From the IMG/VR virus record IMGVR_UViG_3300013426_000018, positions 96,001 through 160,000 of that record: a DNA stretch of 64,000 nt, one strand, 5' to 3'. Made by a program: the position numbers and the translations under genes. Every line of letters begins with the position of its first letter. Position 1 is the stretch's first letter. The stretch comes from a virus. Its lineage: Duplodnaviria; Caudoviricetes. The notes beneath the pieces are model-generated. The model was not told the DNA's origin. It saw nothing but the letters and a program-made list of their open reading frames with translations, and made no database searches. Positions 19,960 through 30,433 of the stretch are shown here, piece by piece.

Positions 19960-20841
19960 GTGTCTTGTGGTATTTATAAATTTGAAAATTTAATTAATCA
20001 TAAAATATATATAGGTTAGTCTGTTGAATTGGAAGAGCAGTATTATAGACATAGATACCATTATGAAAAGAAAGATATTGATAAACGTCTTTATCAAGCT
20101 TTTTGGAAATATGGGTGGGATAAATTTTCTTATGAAATAATTGAATATTGTTCTCCTGAAGAATTGGATGAAAAAGAAATTTATTACATTTAGCTCTATG
20201 ACAGTTATAATAATGGATATAATGCTACTAAGGGAGGTAAAGGCGGGGCTAATCACCCGTCTAAATCCGTACAGTAGTTTGATTTAGATGGAAACTTTAT
20301 AAAAGAATTCTCATCAATGTCCTTAGCTGCGGAAGAAGTTGGAATTAGTCCTAATATTTTAACAAAGTGTTGCCAAGGAAAAACAGACCATTGTGGATTA
20401 TATCAATGGAAATATAGCAATGATGATAGTCGTATCATAAAGTAGCTTTCTAATAAAGAAGTTTCTTTATATGAAAGAAAAATTCTATAGTATGATTTAA
20501 AAAAGAATTTATTAAATACTTATAATTCAATGGATGAAGCGGCTGAATAGACAAATGTTGCGAAATCCAGTATATGTAATGTTTGCAAAGGAAGAAAAAA
20601 TACTGCTGGGGGATATGTGTGGCGTTATTTTGATGACCCACTAACTGAGTAGGACCGTGTTAAAACAAAAGAAAAAAAGGTTTTACAATTTGACAAATTA
20701 GGGAACCTGATACAAGAGTTTCCTAGCTTATCTAATGCTTCAAAAGAAACTGGAGTATGCCTAGCTGCAATAGGACTTAATTGTCAGCAAAAAAGAAAAT
20801 CAGCTGGTGGATATGTATGGAAATATAGAGATAATATTTAA
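19960..20841 (+). CDS. Free-standing GIY-YIG homing endonuclease with NUMOD1 repeats
   Basis: GIYKFENLINHKIYIG*S, GYN.T.GG, three V.QFD..G...AGGY.W.Y repeats. TAG readthrough. Confidence 0.8.
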
Positions 20842-20867
20842 TATAATAACAAGGAGATAATTTTAAT

Positions 20868-21824
20868 ATGCAACGTATGAAGAACTCTATAGAGTTATTT
20901 GGAAGAATTTATGAACATGATTTAAAGAAGGCTGTTACGGGTCTGAATTCTAAGAATCCAGGCACTGAATATATTACAGGCACAGTTAGTATCGCAACTG
21001 ATGACGATTGTTTTAATGTAGTTCCTGTTCATTACACTTTTGTGACAGCGGCAACTAAAAGTGGTAAGCCTAATCCTACTTTTGCTGTCCTATCCAATAT
21101 CATTGATGGTGTTTATGGCACTGTAATGAAGACTAGTAAGGATGATGCGGCATTTGCTCGTATTGATACCCAAATTGGTCTGAATGAATTTTATACTGAT
21201 CGTTCTGGCGAAACTACTCTAGTAAGTGCCAAGCGAGCTGAAGGCGGTTTTATTCATATCCAGGGGAAGAATGAAGAGCCTCCTAAGATTACTAATAAAT
21301 TCACTTGCGACATGCTTATTACTAACGTGCGTCATATTGATGCAGATGAAGAGAGAGGTCTTCCTGAAAAGGCTATCGTTAAGGGGGCTATTTTTAATGA
21401 TTATAACAAGACTTTAATGCCTGTTGAATTTACTGCAGCTCACCCCGATGCTATTGGTTATTTTGAAGGCCTTGATGCTACTGGTAAAAATCCTACTTTC
21501 ACTCAAGTTTGGGGTAAGATTATTAATGAGACCATTGTCCGTACTATTACTGAAGAGAGTGCTTTTGGTGAAGCTTCCGTTCGTGAAATTAAGAGTAACC
21601 GCAGAGATTGGGTGTTGACTGGTGCTAAGCCTGAGCCTTATGATTTTAATACTGAAGGAACTCTTACTACAGAGGAAGTTAATGAAGCTATTAAGACTCG
21701 TGAGATCTATCTTGCAACTCTAAAGAGTCGTAGTGATGAATATAAGGCTTCTCGTGCGGCAGCTACTACATCCAAGCCTACTACCAAGACAACCACTGTG
21801 GCTCCTGGGGATTTTGATTTTTAA
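20868..21824 (+). CDS. Probable single-stranded DNA-binding protein
   Basis: Beta-rich, with an acidic/aromatic tail DFDF. Sits next to the AAA recombinase. Confidence 0.6.
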   Translation: MQRMKNSIELFGRIYEHDLKKAVTGLNSKNPGTEYITGTVSIATDDDCFNVVPVHYTFVTAATKSGKPNPTFAVLSNIIDGVYGTVMKTSKDDAAFARIDTQIGLNEFYTDRSGETTLVSAKRAEGGFIHIQGKNEEPPKITNKFTCDMLITNVRHIDADEERGLPEKAIVKGAIFNDYNKTLMPVEFTAAHPDAIGYFEGLDATGKNPTFTQVWGKIINETIVRTITEESAFGEASVREIKSNRRDWVLTGAKPEPYDFNTEGTLTTEEVNEAIKTREIYLATLKSRSDEYKASRAAATTSKPTTKTTTVAPGDFDF

Positions 21825-21879
21825 GAAAATTTAATTTTAATATAATATGATTTAATTTAATAAGGAGAAAAAGATTTAT

Positions 21880-24800
21880 ATGGCATTTGATTTATTAAAT
21901 ATTTAGCCCAATGTTGTTTCACGAGATCTCTCCGGATATATTACACTTTTATATGGCCCTCCTAAAATTGGTAAAACTACTTTTGGTAGTAAGATGCCTA
22001 AACCTCTTCTTTTGGCTGCAGAACGTGGATATTCGGCTATACCTGGTATTATGGCTGTTGACGTAACTTCTTGGGGTGAATAATATTGCCCTCTTTTTTG
22101 GAAACAAAAAAGTAATAAATAGAGTAAAAAACTGGAACCCTGAGATGGGAATCAGAGCGGAAGTCTTGATTTAAAAGTCAAGACACGCACAACGCATAGA
22201 ATAAATAAACTTTAAAAGTATTAGGAGGTTCAGTAAGATGCCTAAACTAAATTATCAAATGAAGAATTAAATAATATTTTAATAGATTATAATAATGGAA
22301 TGTCTATGAGCGGTATTACTAAGAAATATCATCATGATAAAAATACTTTAAAAAAATATTTTATAGAACACAATATAAATATACATATTCGTAATAAATC
22401 TGAATCATTATCTTGTTCTCAAGAAAAGAAGAAATCTGATCTATTAAAGCGGTCTTATATGGTTAATGATAATTATTTTTCTTCTCAAAATAATAAAATG
22501 GCTTATTTTTTAGGATTTATAATGGCAGATGGAAATGTCGCCAAAAATAGTAATAGAATACAAATTTGTTTAGCTGAAAAAGATTCTGAATTTTTAGAGC
22601 TATTTTATAAAGAAATTGGCGGCACCCCTGTTGCTCATTATTTTGCTAGAAAAGGTACTCAACCAATTTGTCGATGGGAATGCCTTAGCAGTAAAATTAA
22701 AAAAGATTTAAGTATTTATGGAATAATTCCTCATAAAACGGGATTTGCTAAAATTCCTAATACACTAAAAAAAGAATTTTATTCAGATTTTATACGAGGT
22801 TATTTTGATGGGGACGGTAGTATTTGGATTGAGGAAAATGGCGCCGCAGGTTTTGGTATCACAAGTCATAATCCAGAAATATTACAACAAATTATTGATT
22901 ATTTTGAAGAAAGAGATATTCCACCTGTTAAAATTAATATAGATAATAGAAGTAATATAAATTATAGTTTTAAATATAGAAAACAAGCTATTAAAAAGAT
23001 TTATAAAATTTTATATTATGATAAAGAAATTTTTTATTTAAAACGAAAATTTGATAAATTTAATGAAATCCTTTTAAAGAAATAAAATTCCACGAGACTC
23101 TACACCTAAAAAAATGGTGAAAAGATATGCTGAACTTATACAAAAAAGAAGTATAAGAAATAAGGATAAAAAGCCTTATGATAACACATTGGATATGAAG
23201 CAAATTATGCGTGAACTTAAAAAACCAGAAGTAAAAGAAATGTATAAAAGTATTATTATTGATACAGCAGATATACTTAGTGATTACTGTCAGAAATATA
23301 TCTGTAATCAATTAGGTATTGAAAATATTGGAGACGGTGGCTGGACCATCAATGGCTGGGCAAAATATAAGAAAGAATTTGAAGATGTTTTTCGCACTCT
23401 TTCTCAGCTTGGGTAAATAAAATATAGAGGAGATTAGAAATGGACTTATTTCAGTTAGAAAGAATTACTTCTAATCGTATCAATTGGAAACCAGGACAAA
23501 AAGAAAAAATAGTAAAGCTTTATTCACAAGGAACTTCAATTAATCAATTAGGAAAAATGTTTAATGGATTACATTATAATACAATTAAAAAAATTTTAAT
23601 AGAATATAATATACCATTAAGAACTCGAGTGCAAAGTCATTATACAGACCATAGAAAAGAAGACATATTTAAAAAAATAAACAGCGAAGAAAAAGCTTAT
23701 TGGTTAGGATTTTTAGCTGCTGATGGCTGTGTAGCTGGTAATTATATTAAAATTGGACTACAGGAAAAAGATGTGACTCACTTAGAAAAATTCAAACATT
23801 TTCTTCAAGCTGATTCTATTAAAATTTTAACTTTTACTAAACAAAATAAATATGAAATAGGAACTTATTGTTCTTTTTCTATTGGTTGCAAAGAAATGGC
23901 AAATGATTTAAAGGCTTTAGGTGTAGTAGAAAATAAATCATTAATTTTAAAGCCTCCTATCGGTTTAATCCCAGAAAAATTTTATTTAGATTGGATTAGG
24001 GGTTATTTTGATGGAGATGGAGGTCTTTCATATTCTGAAAAAGATAATCGATGGCAAAGTTATGCTAACTCTACCAAAGAAGTCTTGGAATGGATTGTTC
24101 AAATGCTAGAATTGAATACTAAGCCTTTTAATCAACAACATTATGGAAAAAAAGATAATGTTTGGAGAATTCATTTTAATGGAAGAATTAATGTTTATAA
24201 AGCTTGGAATAAAATGTACCATAATGATACTGCTACTATTTTTTTAGATCGTAAACATGATAAATACTTACAGCTTTGCTCAAGCTTTAAATAAAATGCG
24301 GTTAACTACTAGATGGTAGGTGTGACTTTAAGTTGCTAACGATGAAAATCTCTTAGAAGAGAAAACATCGTGCCAAGTCTGTTTTGTGAAAGACAGAAAG
24401 GTGTAACGACTAGAATATACGGTCTTTATAAAAATAAAGATTATGAAATTCGTAATTTATAAGCGAAATTCTTATAGATGAAATGCCGCACCCTTTATAA
24501 TAAAATATAAAGGTGAAGAGATAGTCTAAACTATATAGTGATATATAGAATAATTGATGCTATTGTATTTATCAGCCATGATAAGGAAAAAACTATTAAG
24601 CCTCAGAACGGTGCTGAATATCAGCAGATTGGTTCTTCAATGCAATCTTCAGCTCTTGCTATTCTTGAAAATATGAGCGATATTATTGCTTATGCCCACA
24701 CTAAAGTTGATTCCGATGGCAACTCTGATAGAGTTTTAACTCTTCGTTCTCTTGATAATAGTGTACGTTGTGGGGGCCGTTTTAAATATATTAAGCCGGA

Positions 24801-25125
24801 AATTCCTTTTAGTTATGAAGCTCTTACTCAGGCTTTAAATGATGCTATTGACAAGGAAGCCGCCGAAACTAATAATAAATTTGTTACCGATGAACGTATT
24901 GAAACTGCCACCCTTAAAACTTATGACTTTGATGCTCTTGCCGCAGAGTTCCAGGAGTTAGTTGGAAAGATTATGACTAAGAATCAGTCTAACGCTCCTA
25001 AGATTAGTGCTATTGTAAGTAAATATCTTGGTAAGGGTAAGAAAGTTTCTGATGCTACTCCCGAGCAAGCAGAATTTATTTATCTTATCAATACTGAGCT
25101 TAAAGAAGATCTTTTAGATAAGTAA
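21880..25125 (+). CDS. AAA_24/Sak4-like ATPase, spliced (exons 21880-22077, 23192-23414, 24557-25125)
   Basis: YGPPKIGKTT, IIIDT. Splicing gives SWG|DMKQ and QLG-Y-AIVFISH. Confidence 0.85.
22078..23191 (+). mobile_element. Group I intron with LAGLIDADG endonuclease
   Basis: U|...G. AAAACTGGAA, AATCAGAGC, CAACGCATA and AAGATATGCTG motifs. Confidence 0.85.
22300..23085 (+). CDS. Intron-encoded LAGLIDADG endonuclease
   Basis: AYFLGFIMADG and FIRGYFDGDG. Confidence 0.85.
   Translation: MSMSGITKKYHHDKNTLKKYFIEHNINIHIRNKSESLSCSQEKKKSDLLKRSYMVNDNYFSSQNNKMAYFLGFIMADGNVAKNSNRIQICLAEKDSEFLELFYKEIGGTPVAHYFARKGTQPICRWECLSSKIKKDLSIYGIIPHKTGFAKIPNTLKKEFYSDFIRGYFDGDGSIWIEENGAAGFGITSHNPEILQQIIDYFEERDIPPVKINIDNRSNINYSFKYRKQAIKKIYKILYYDKEIFYLKRKFDKFNEILLKK
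23415..24556 (+). mobile_element. Group I intron with LAGLIDADG endonuclease near its 5' end
   Basis: U|...G. Core (GCTAACGATG, CATCGTGCCAAG, AACGACTA, AAGAGATAGTC) lies after the ORF. Confidence 0.85.
23440..24294 (+). CDS. Intron-encoded LAGLIDADG endonuclease
   Basis: AYWLGFLAADG and WIRGYFDGDG. Own RBS. Confidence 0.88.
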   Translation: MDLFQLERITSNRINWKPGQKEKIVKLYSQGTSINQLGKMFNGLHYNTIKKILIEYNIPLRTRVQSHYTDHRKEDIFKKINSEEKAYWLGFLAADGCVAGNYIKIGLQEKDVTHLEKFKHFLQADSIKILTFTKQNKYEIGTYCSFSIGCKEMANDLKALGVVENKSLILKPPIGLIPEKFYLDWIRGYFDGDGGLSYSEKDNRWQSYANSTKEVLEWIVQMLELNTKPFNQQHYGKKDNVWRIHFNGRINVYKAWNKMYHNDTATIFLDRKHDKYLQLCSSFK

Positions 25126-25221
25126 GATATACAACCCCAAGATGAAATATTCTTGGGGTTGATTTTTTTAAAATTTTATGGTATAATATAAAAAAGAATA
25201 CTTTTAAGAAAGGAGCTTAAT

Positions 25222-25746
25222 GTGGCACATTATGTAATTTGCCCAATATGTAATAAAAGATTTGATCGTGATAAAGTTGAATTTATTAAAGAAGGTCGAA
25301 GATATTTACATGTTGAATGTGCTCAAACCGCAGAAGAACGATTAAGTAAAGAAGAAAGAGATAAGATTGCTCTTAATCAATATATAACGCAGCTTTTTGG
25401 TACTGAATATGTTAATCCAAAAGTTCAAGCACAGATTAAAGATTACGTTACAAATAAAGGATTCACTTATAATGGAATTTTAATGTCTTTAAAGTATTTC
25501 TATGAAATAAAGCATGGAGACATTGAAAAGGCTCATGGGCGAATCAGTATTGTTGAATATATTTATTAGGATGCTAAAAATTATTATTATGATATTTGGC
25601 AAGCTCAACAAGTAAATAAAGAAAAACAAATAGATTTATATATTCCCGCAAATAATGTAAAAGAGATAACAATTAAAGCTCCTGTTAAGAAGCCTTTTTT
25701 AAAAAGAATTTTTTCTTTTTTAGATGAAGAAAAGGAGGATAATTAA
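25222..25746 (+). CDS. Hypothetical Zn-finger protein upstream of the helicase (possible loader/inhibitor)
   Basis: CPIC...HVEC. One TAG at 25567. Confidence 0.6.
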
Positions 25747-28700
25747 TGCCTTCAAAGTATAATGATCCAGCTGCAGTTGTGTAGGTAATTGGTTGTGTTT
25801 ACAATAATCCCTCTCTATTGGATATTGAAGATAAATATACAATTACAGAAGATGATTTCCAAGATAAATTTCATCAAATTGTTTTTGGTTCTATATTTAA
25901 GCTTCATGAATTAGGAGCTTAGGAGATTACTTTAAAAAATATCGCTGATTTCCTAGCAGATAGGCCTAAAAGTGAAGCGATATATAAACAAAATAAAGGC
26001 GATGAATGGTTAGCTAAAATTGCGAAAAATGCTACGCCACTTACTTTTGATTATTACTATGGACGATTGAAAAAGTTTTCTTTATTACGGGCATATGATA
26101 ATTTTGGGGTAGATGTCAGTGATGTTTATGACACAGATAATATTCTTGACATAAAAAAGAAGCAATTACAAGAAGAGTTCCTTGATAATTCATCACTTGA
26201 AAAAATTGCGGATATGATTGATAGTAAACTAGAATCTATTCGTATTAAATATGTTACCGGAGAGAATGGCGTTTGCCATTAGGCAGGAGAAGGTATTAAA
26301 GAACTTCTTGAAAGCTTAAAAAAATCACCTGATGCCGGTGTTCCACTTTATGGTCCTCTTATTAACACAGTAACAAGAGGAGCTCGGCTTGGAAAGCTAT
26401 ATTTGCGCAGCGCAATGACAGGTGTTGGTAATTTATTTGCCGTCTTTAAAAGGAATTTTAAAGATGATTACAGAGGAAAAAATCTGGAAGCCTAAGTCTT
26501 ATTAGATAAGGTAATCAGAGGTGAAGGCTATATTAAATATAGCCAGCCGCAACGCATAGGGAGTGAAAAGATATAATCTCCCCACGAGGCCTCTGCTCTT
26601 AGCACATAATGGTGAAGATGAAAAGATATGCTGAGCTTATAGGAAACTATAAGAACTATTGGATAAAAAGCCAATAGGATAACAAAACTGAAAACACGCT
26701 CCATGGTCGCCGACTTTTGCTTTATAGGAACCGACTGGATATATGATGAAACTTTTGGATGGATAAGAACTACTTTGGCCCAACCATGTTTATTTATTGC
26801 TACAGAATAGAATTTAGGCGAAGTCTAGACTATGATGTTAGCTTTTCTTTCTAACGTAAATGAAGAGCATATTAGAAGTGGTCTTTATGTAGATGATGAA
26901 TGGGAAAGAGTAATAAGAGCCGCAGAAATCATCGAACAGAGTCCTCTTTATATCGAAGAGATTCCTGATTTCTCTCTACAAGATATCGAAAATATCATAA
27001 AGAAGAACATTCGGGAAAAGGACATATCGTATGTGTTCAAAGTAAAAAAATAGGACTGTGTAATATTTTACTGATTAATTATCAGGGTTTAGTTTTTTTA
27101 ACTAAGCTAACGGGGAAACCTTAACAAGTAAAGTTGAAGGTAATCCCGTGGGAAAATTTTTGGACAAATATAATCAAATAGTATTCGATGATATTTATAT
27201 TTTTTATATAAAAAGGAATGGAGTTGAATACTATTATGGCTATTGTATATAGTTATACTAACTTAATAAATGGAAAAAAGTACATTGGACAAACTGTTAA
27301 TCCAGAACAACGAAAATGTACTCATAAAAGTTCATATCAAAATGAAAAAGATAAGGAATATGATTCTTTATTTCATCGAGCGTTAAGAAAATATGGTTGG
27401 GATAATTTTGAATATGAAATTCTTGCAGAAAACGATAATTTAGAACTTATTAATGAATTAGAAATCTTTTATATTGATTTTTATAATACAAAAACGCCAA
27501 ACGGATATAATATCTTAGATGGTGGAAAAAATGCTAAAAAACCTATGAAAGAATCTACTAAAGAGAAGCTAATGTGGTCCCATGGAAAAATGACTCAAGA
27601 AGAAGTTATTTATCTTCGTATGGCATACGCTAATAAAGAAAGTCCAAAAGCTATCTATGATAAATATTTTAAAGAACGGTTAACTTATTCAAGTTTCTTA
27701 AATATTTGGGATGGCCATCGATACGCTAAAGTTATGCCAGAAGTTATTCAAAAAGGGCGTAGAAAAAAATTGACAGATGATCAAGTTCGAGAAATAAAAA
27801 TAGCTTTATCATAGGGAGAAAAACAAACTAGTATAGCGAAAAGATATAATGTTGATAAAAGTATAATAAGTTTAATATATCGTAATAAAAGTTATAAAAA
27901 TATTGTCTAAAAATTGCCCGTATCGACTATCCTAGAATCGTAGGAGTAAGATTATTATTAATACATAATTTGAAATGGTATCCTATAACTTATAAAAGTT
28001 ATAGTAAGAGATAGTCAGTGCTATTAGGAATAATAGACAATCATGTTACGATTACATTTTTACGAGCATGAAGATATTAGAAGAGATCACACGAAGATCC
28101 GGTGGAGTAAAATTGAGAGAAGATAATGCTCTTTTTATGTTATCAAATAAATTAAAAGATATCTGTAACAAATATGGGGTTTTTATTATGACTGCTACAC
28201 AGCTCAATGGAGACGCGAAGGAAGCTAAAATCCCCGACCAGAATGTCCTTAGAGGTGCCAAATCGATAGCAGATGTCCTCCAGTGGATATCCAATGGAGA
28301 TTACGTCGTCCTTAATAGAAATATTAAGGATAATAAAATCGTGAATTGCTGGGAACTCCTGAAAAGGACAATCAGCATCTTAAATAATTTTTAATTAAAA
28401 AGTTCAACGACTATCCAGACATGGAGTAAATTTTTTATTGAAGTGCGATTTATCTAAAGTATATAACTATGATAAAGATATAGTCTATTCCTTGTAGTAA
28501 TATAAGGTAAAAAAGAAAATTGATTATGGCTCAATCCTTATGAATGTTACAGATGAAGATTTAGTTTCTTTAAATGAAATTTTAGCAACAGGAGCGTTTG
28601 CGACTCCTAACGTAAAATTATCAATTTATAAAAATCGTGGTGGACGTTATAAAAGTTTGTATCTCTGGTGTGCTGCTGATTTAGGCACCTGCCGGATAAA

Positions 28701-28788
28701 GCCTATGTTTGCTACTGCTTATAATTATGAATTAATCCCAATGGATGATATAAAAATTAATGTGGAAGAACCTCCTTCCGCTTTTTAA
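25746..28788 (+). CDS. dnaB: DnaB-like replicative helicase, spliced (exons 25746-26429, 26691-27037, 28046-28274, 28516-28788)
   Basis: Splicing restores TGVG|KTRSM, YVF-YDYI, TATQLN, LRGAKSIAD|KID, KNRGG. Confidence 0.85.
26430..26690 (+). mobile_element. Group I intron in DnaB Walker A, no ORF
   Basis: U|...G. AATCTGGAA, AATCAGAG, CAACGCATA, AAGATATGCTG. Confidence 0.85.
27038..28045 (+). mobile_element. Group I intron in DnaB Walker B with GIY-YIG endonuclease
   Basis: GCTAACGGGGAA, AATCCCGTG, ATCGACTA, AAGAGATAGTC. Confidence 0.82.
27218..27910 (+). CDS. Intron-encoded GIY-YIG endonuclease
   Basis: IVYSYTNLINGKKYIGQT. Continues through TAG 27812 to TAA. Confidence 0.8.
28275..28515 (+). 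mobile_element. Group I intron in dnaB, no ORF
   Basis: AATTGCTGGGAA, AATCAGCA, TTCAACGACTA, AAGATATAGTC. U|...G. Confidence 0.88.
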
Positions 28789-28804
28789 ATAAAGGAGAAT
28801 TATA

Positions 28805-29026
28805 ATGGCAAGAGTAAAAGATTTTGGAAGTAAAAAGGATACCCAGATTAAGGCCCCTGAAGTAAATGCGGGACTTGTAGAATATAAAATGTCTCGAGCT
28901 ATGGCTGAAGATATTGTTAAAACCGCAAAGGGTAATAAAAGTGACCCACAAACAGTTTTATGTAATTTTGTAAATAATTTTATGGGCCTAAAAGGTTATT
29001 GTGTAAAGGTTCTTGTCGATTTGTAA
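28805..29026 (+). CDS. Hypothetical protein
   Basis: 73 aa with strong RBS. Confidence 0.6.
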   Translation: MARVKDFGSKKDTQIKAPEVNAGLVEYKMSRAMAEDIVKTAKGNKSDPQTVLCNFVNNFMGLKGYCVKVLVDL

Positions 29027-29045
29027 AATAAAAAGGAGAATACTG

Positions 29046-30146
29046 ATGCTTAGCTATGATAAAGATTATGTGAAAGAACAATTAACAATCGAGGATGTTT
29101 TTTAGCTTCTTGATGAATTTGGGGCAGAGCCACAGTATTCTCCTTTTGGCATTTTAAGCTCAACAATTTGTCATAACCCTGTAGGATGTGGATCAAAAAA
29201 ATTGTATTATTATTCTAATAGTCAGTTATTTCAATGTTATTCCAATTGCCAAAGTATTGATATATTTCAATTAGTTATTAACGTAGCAGAAATACAATGG
29301 GATAAAAAATATGATTTAAATGATGCTATTAGATGGGTAGCTAATCACTTTGGAATTTCAGGAGCAATCATTGAGGAAGATGATTTAAAAACTCTTGAAG
29401 ATTGGAAAATTTTAGAAGAATATGAGCGAGTTGAAGAAGTGCGACCATCTTCTAAAGAAGTTGTTTTACAAGAGTATGATTCAAGTATTTTAAATAATTT
29501 TGATTATAATATAAAAATAGCTCCTTGGCTCAATGAGGGTATTAATGCAGAAAGCCTTCAAAAAGCACAGATTGGATATTATCCAGGAGGAGATCAAATA
29601 ACTATTCCACATTTTGATGTTAATGGAAGATTTATAGGATTGCGTGGACGCTCACTTTGCAAAGAAGAATGTGAACTTTATGGTAAATATAGACCTCTTA
29701 AAGTAAATCAAATTCTTTATAACCATCCTCTTGGAATGAATCTTTACGGATTAAATTGGAATAAGAAAACTATTGCCGCACTTAAAAAAGCTATTATATT
29801 AGAATCTGAGAAATCAGTACTTATGTTAGGTTCTGCTCTTGGATGGGAAAATAACTGTTCAGTAGCTTGTTGCGGTAGCAACATTTCTCTTTATCAAGTA
29901 GAACAATTGCTTAAGTTAGGTATCGAAGAAATGATAATAGCTTTTGATAGGCAATTTCAAACTATTGGGGACGATGAATTTCAGAAGCTGAAAAATAATT
30001 TATTAAAGCTAAAAAAACGGTATAAGAATGATGTAAATATTTCTTTTATCTTTGATAAGAATATGATTACTGATTATAAAGCTAGTCCAATAGATGAAGG
30101 AATCGATAAGTTCATGAAACTATTTAAAGAAAGGATAATAATATGA
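29046..30146 (+). CDS. DNA primase (Zn finger + Toprim)
   Basis: TICHN...FQCYSNC, ITIPHFD..GR.IG.RGR, NLYGL, ESEKS, IIAFD. Single TAG at codon 20. Confidence 0.8.
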
Positions 30147-30430
30147 TTGGAATTGTTTGGGGAAGTACTCAAGGAAGAGCTATTAAGAAATTAGAGGAGA
30201 TCAGAAAAAACTATCTTAGTTATCATATTAGTATTACACGAGTTGGTAGAGATTTCTTTGAATCTGAAAATGGAGATATATGGCGTGCTGTTGTGGCAGA
30301 TAATTCTGCAAGAGGGTATAGATGTAATATTTCCTATATTGATGAGCTAATTCCAAATGAAGTAAAGAATGGTCTTATAGCTCATGCTACATCAGCTTAT
30401 CCTTACCAAGCAACCCATTATTACGAATAA
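30143..30430 (+). CDS. Hypothetical protein
   Basis: 95-aa ORF overlapping the primase stop. Confidence 0.55.
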   Translation: MIGIVWGSTQGRAIKKLEEIRKNYLSYHISITRVGRDFFESENGDIWRAVVADNSARGYRCNISYIDELIPNEVKNGLIAHATSAYPYQATHYYE

Positions 30431-30433
30431 TAT

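Noticed and set aside
23114-23416. Track ORFs starting inside introns (23114, 24538, 40523, 44382) as independent genes
   Set aside because: They are exons extended into intron sequence, and splicing explains them.
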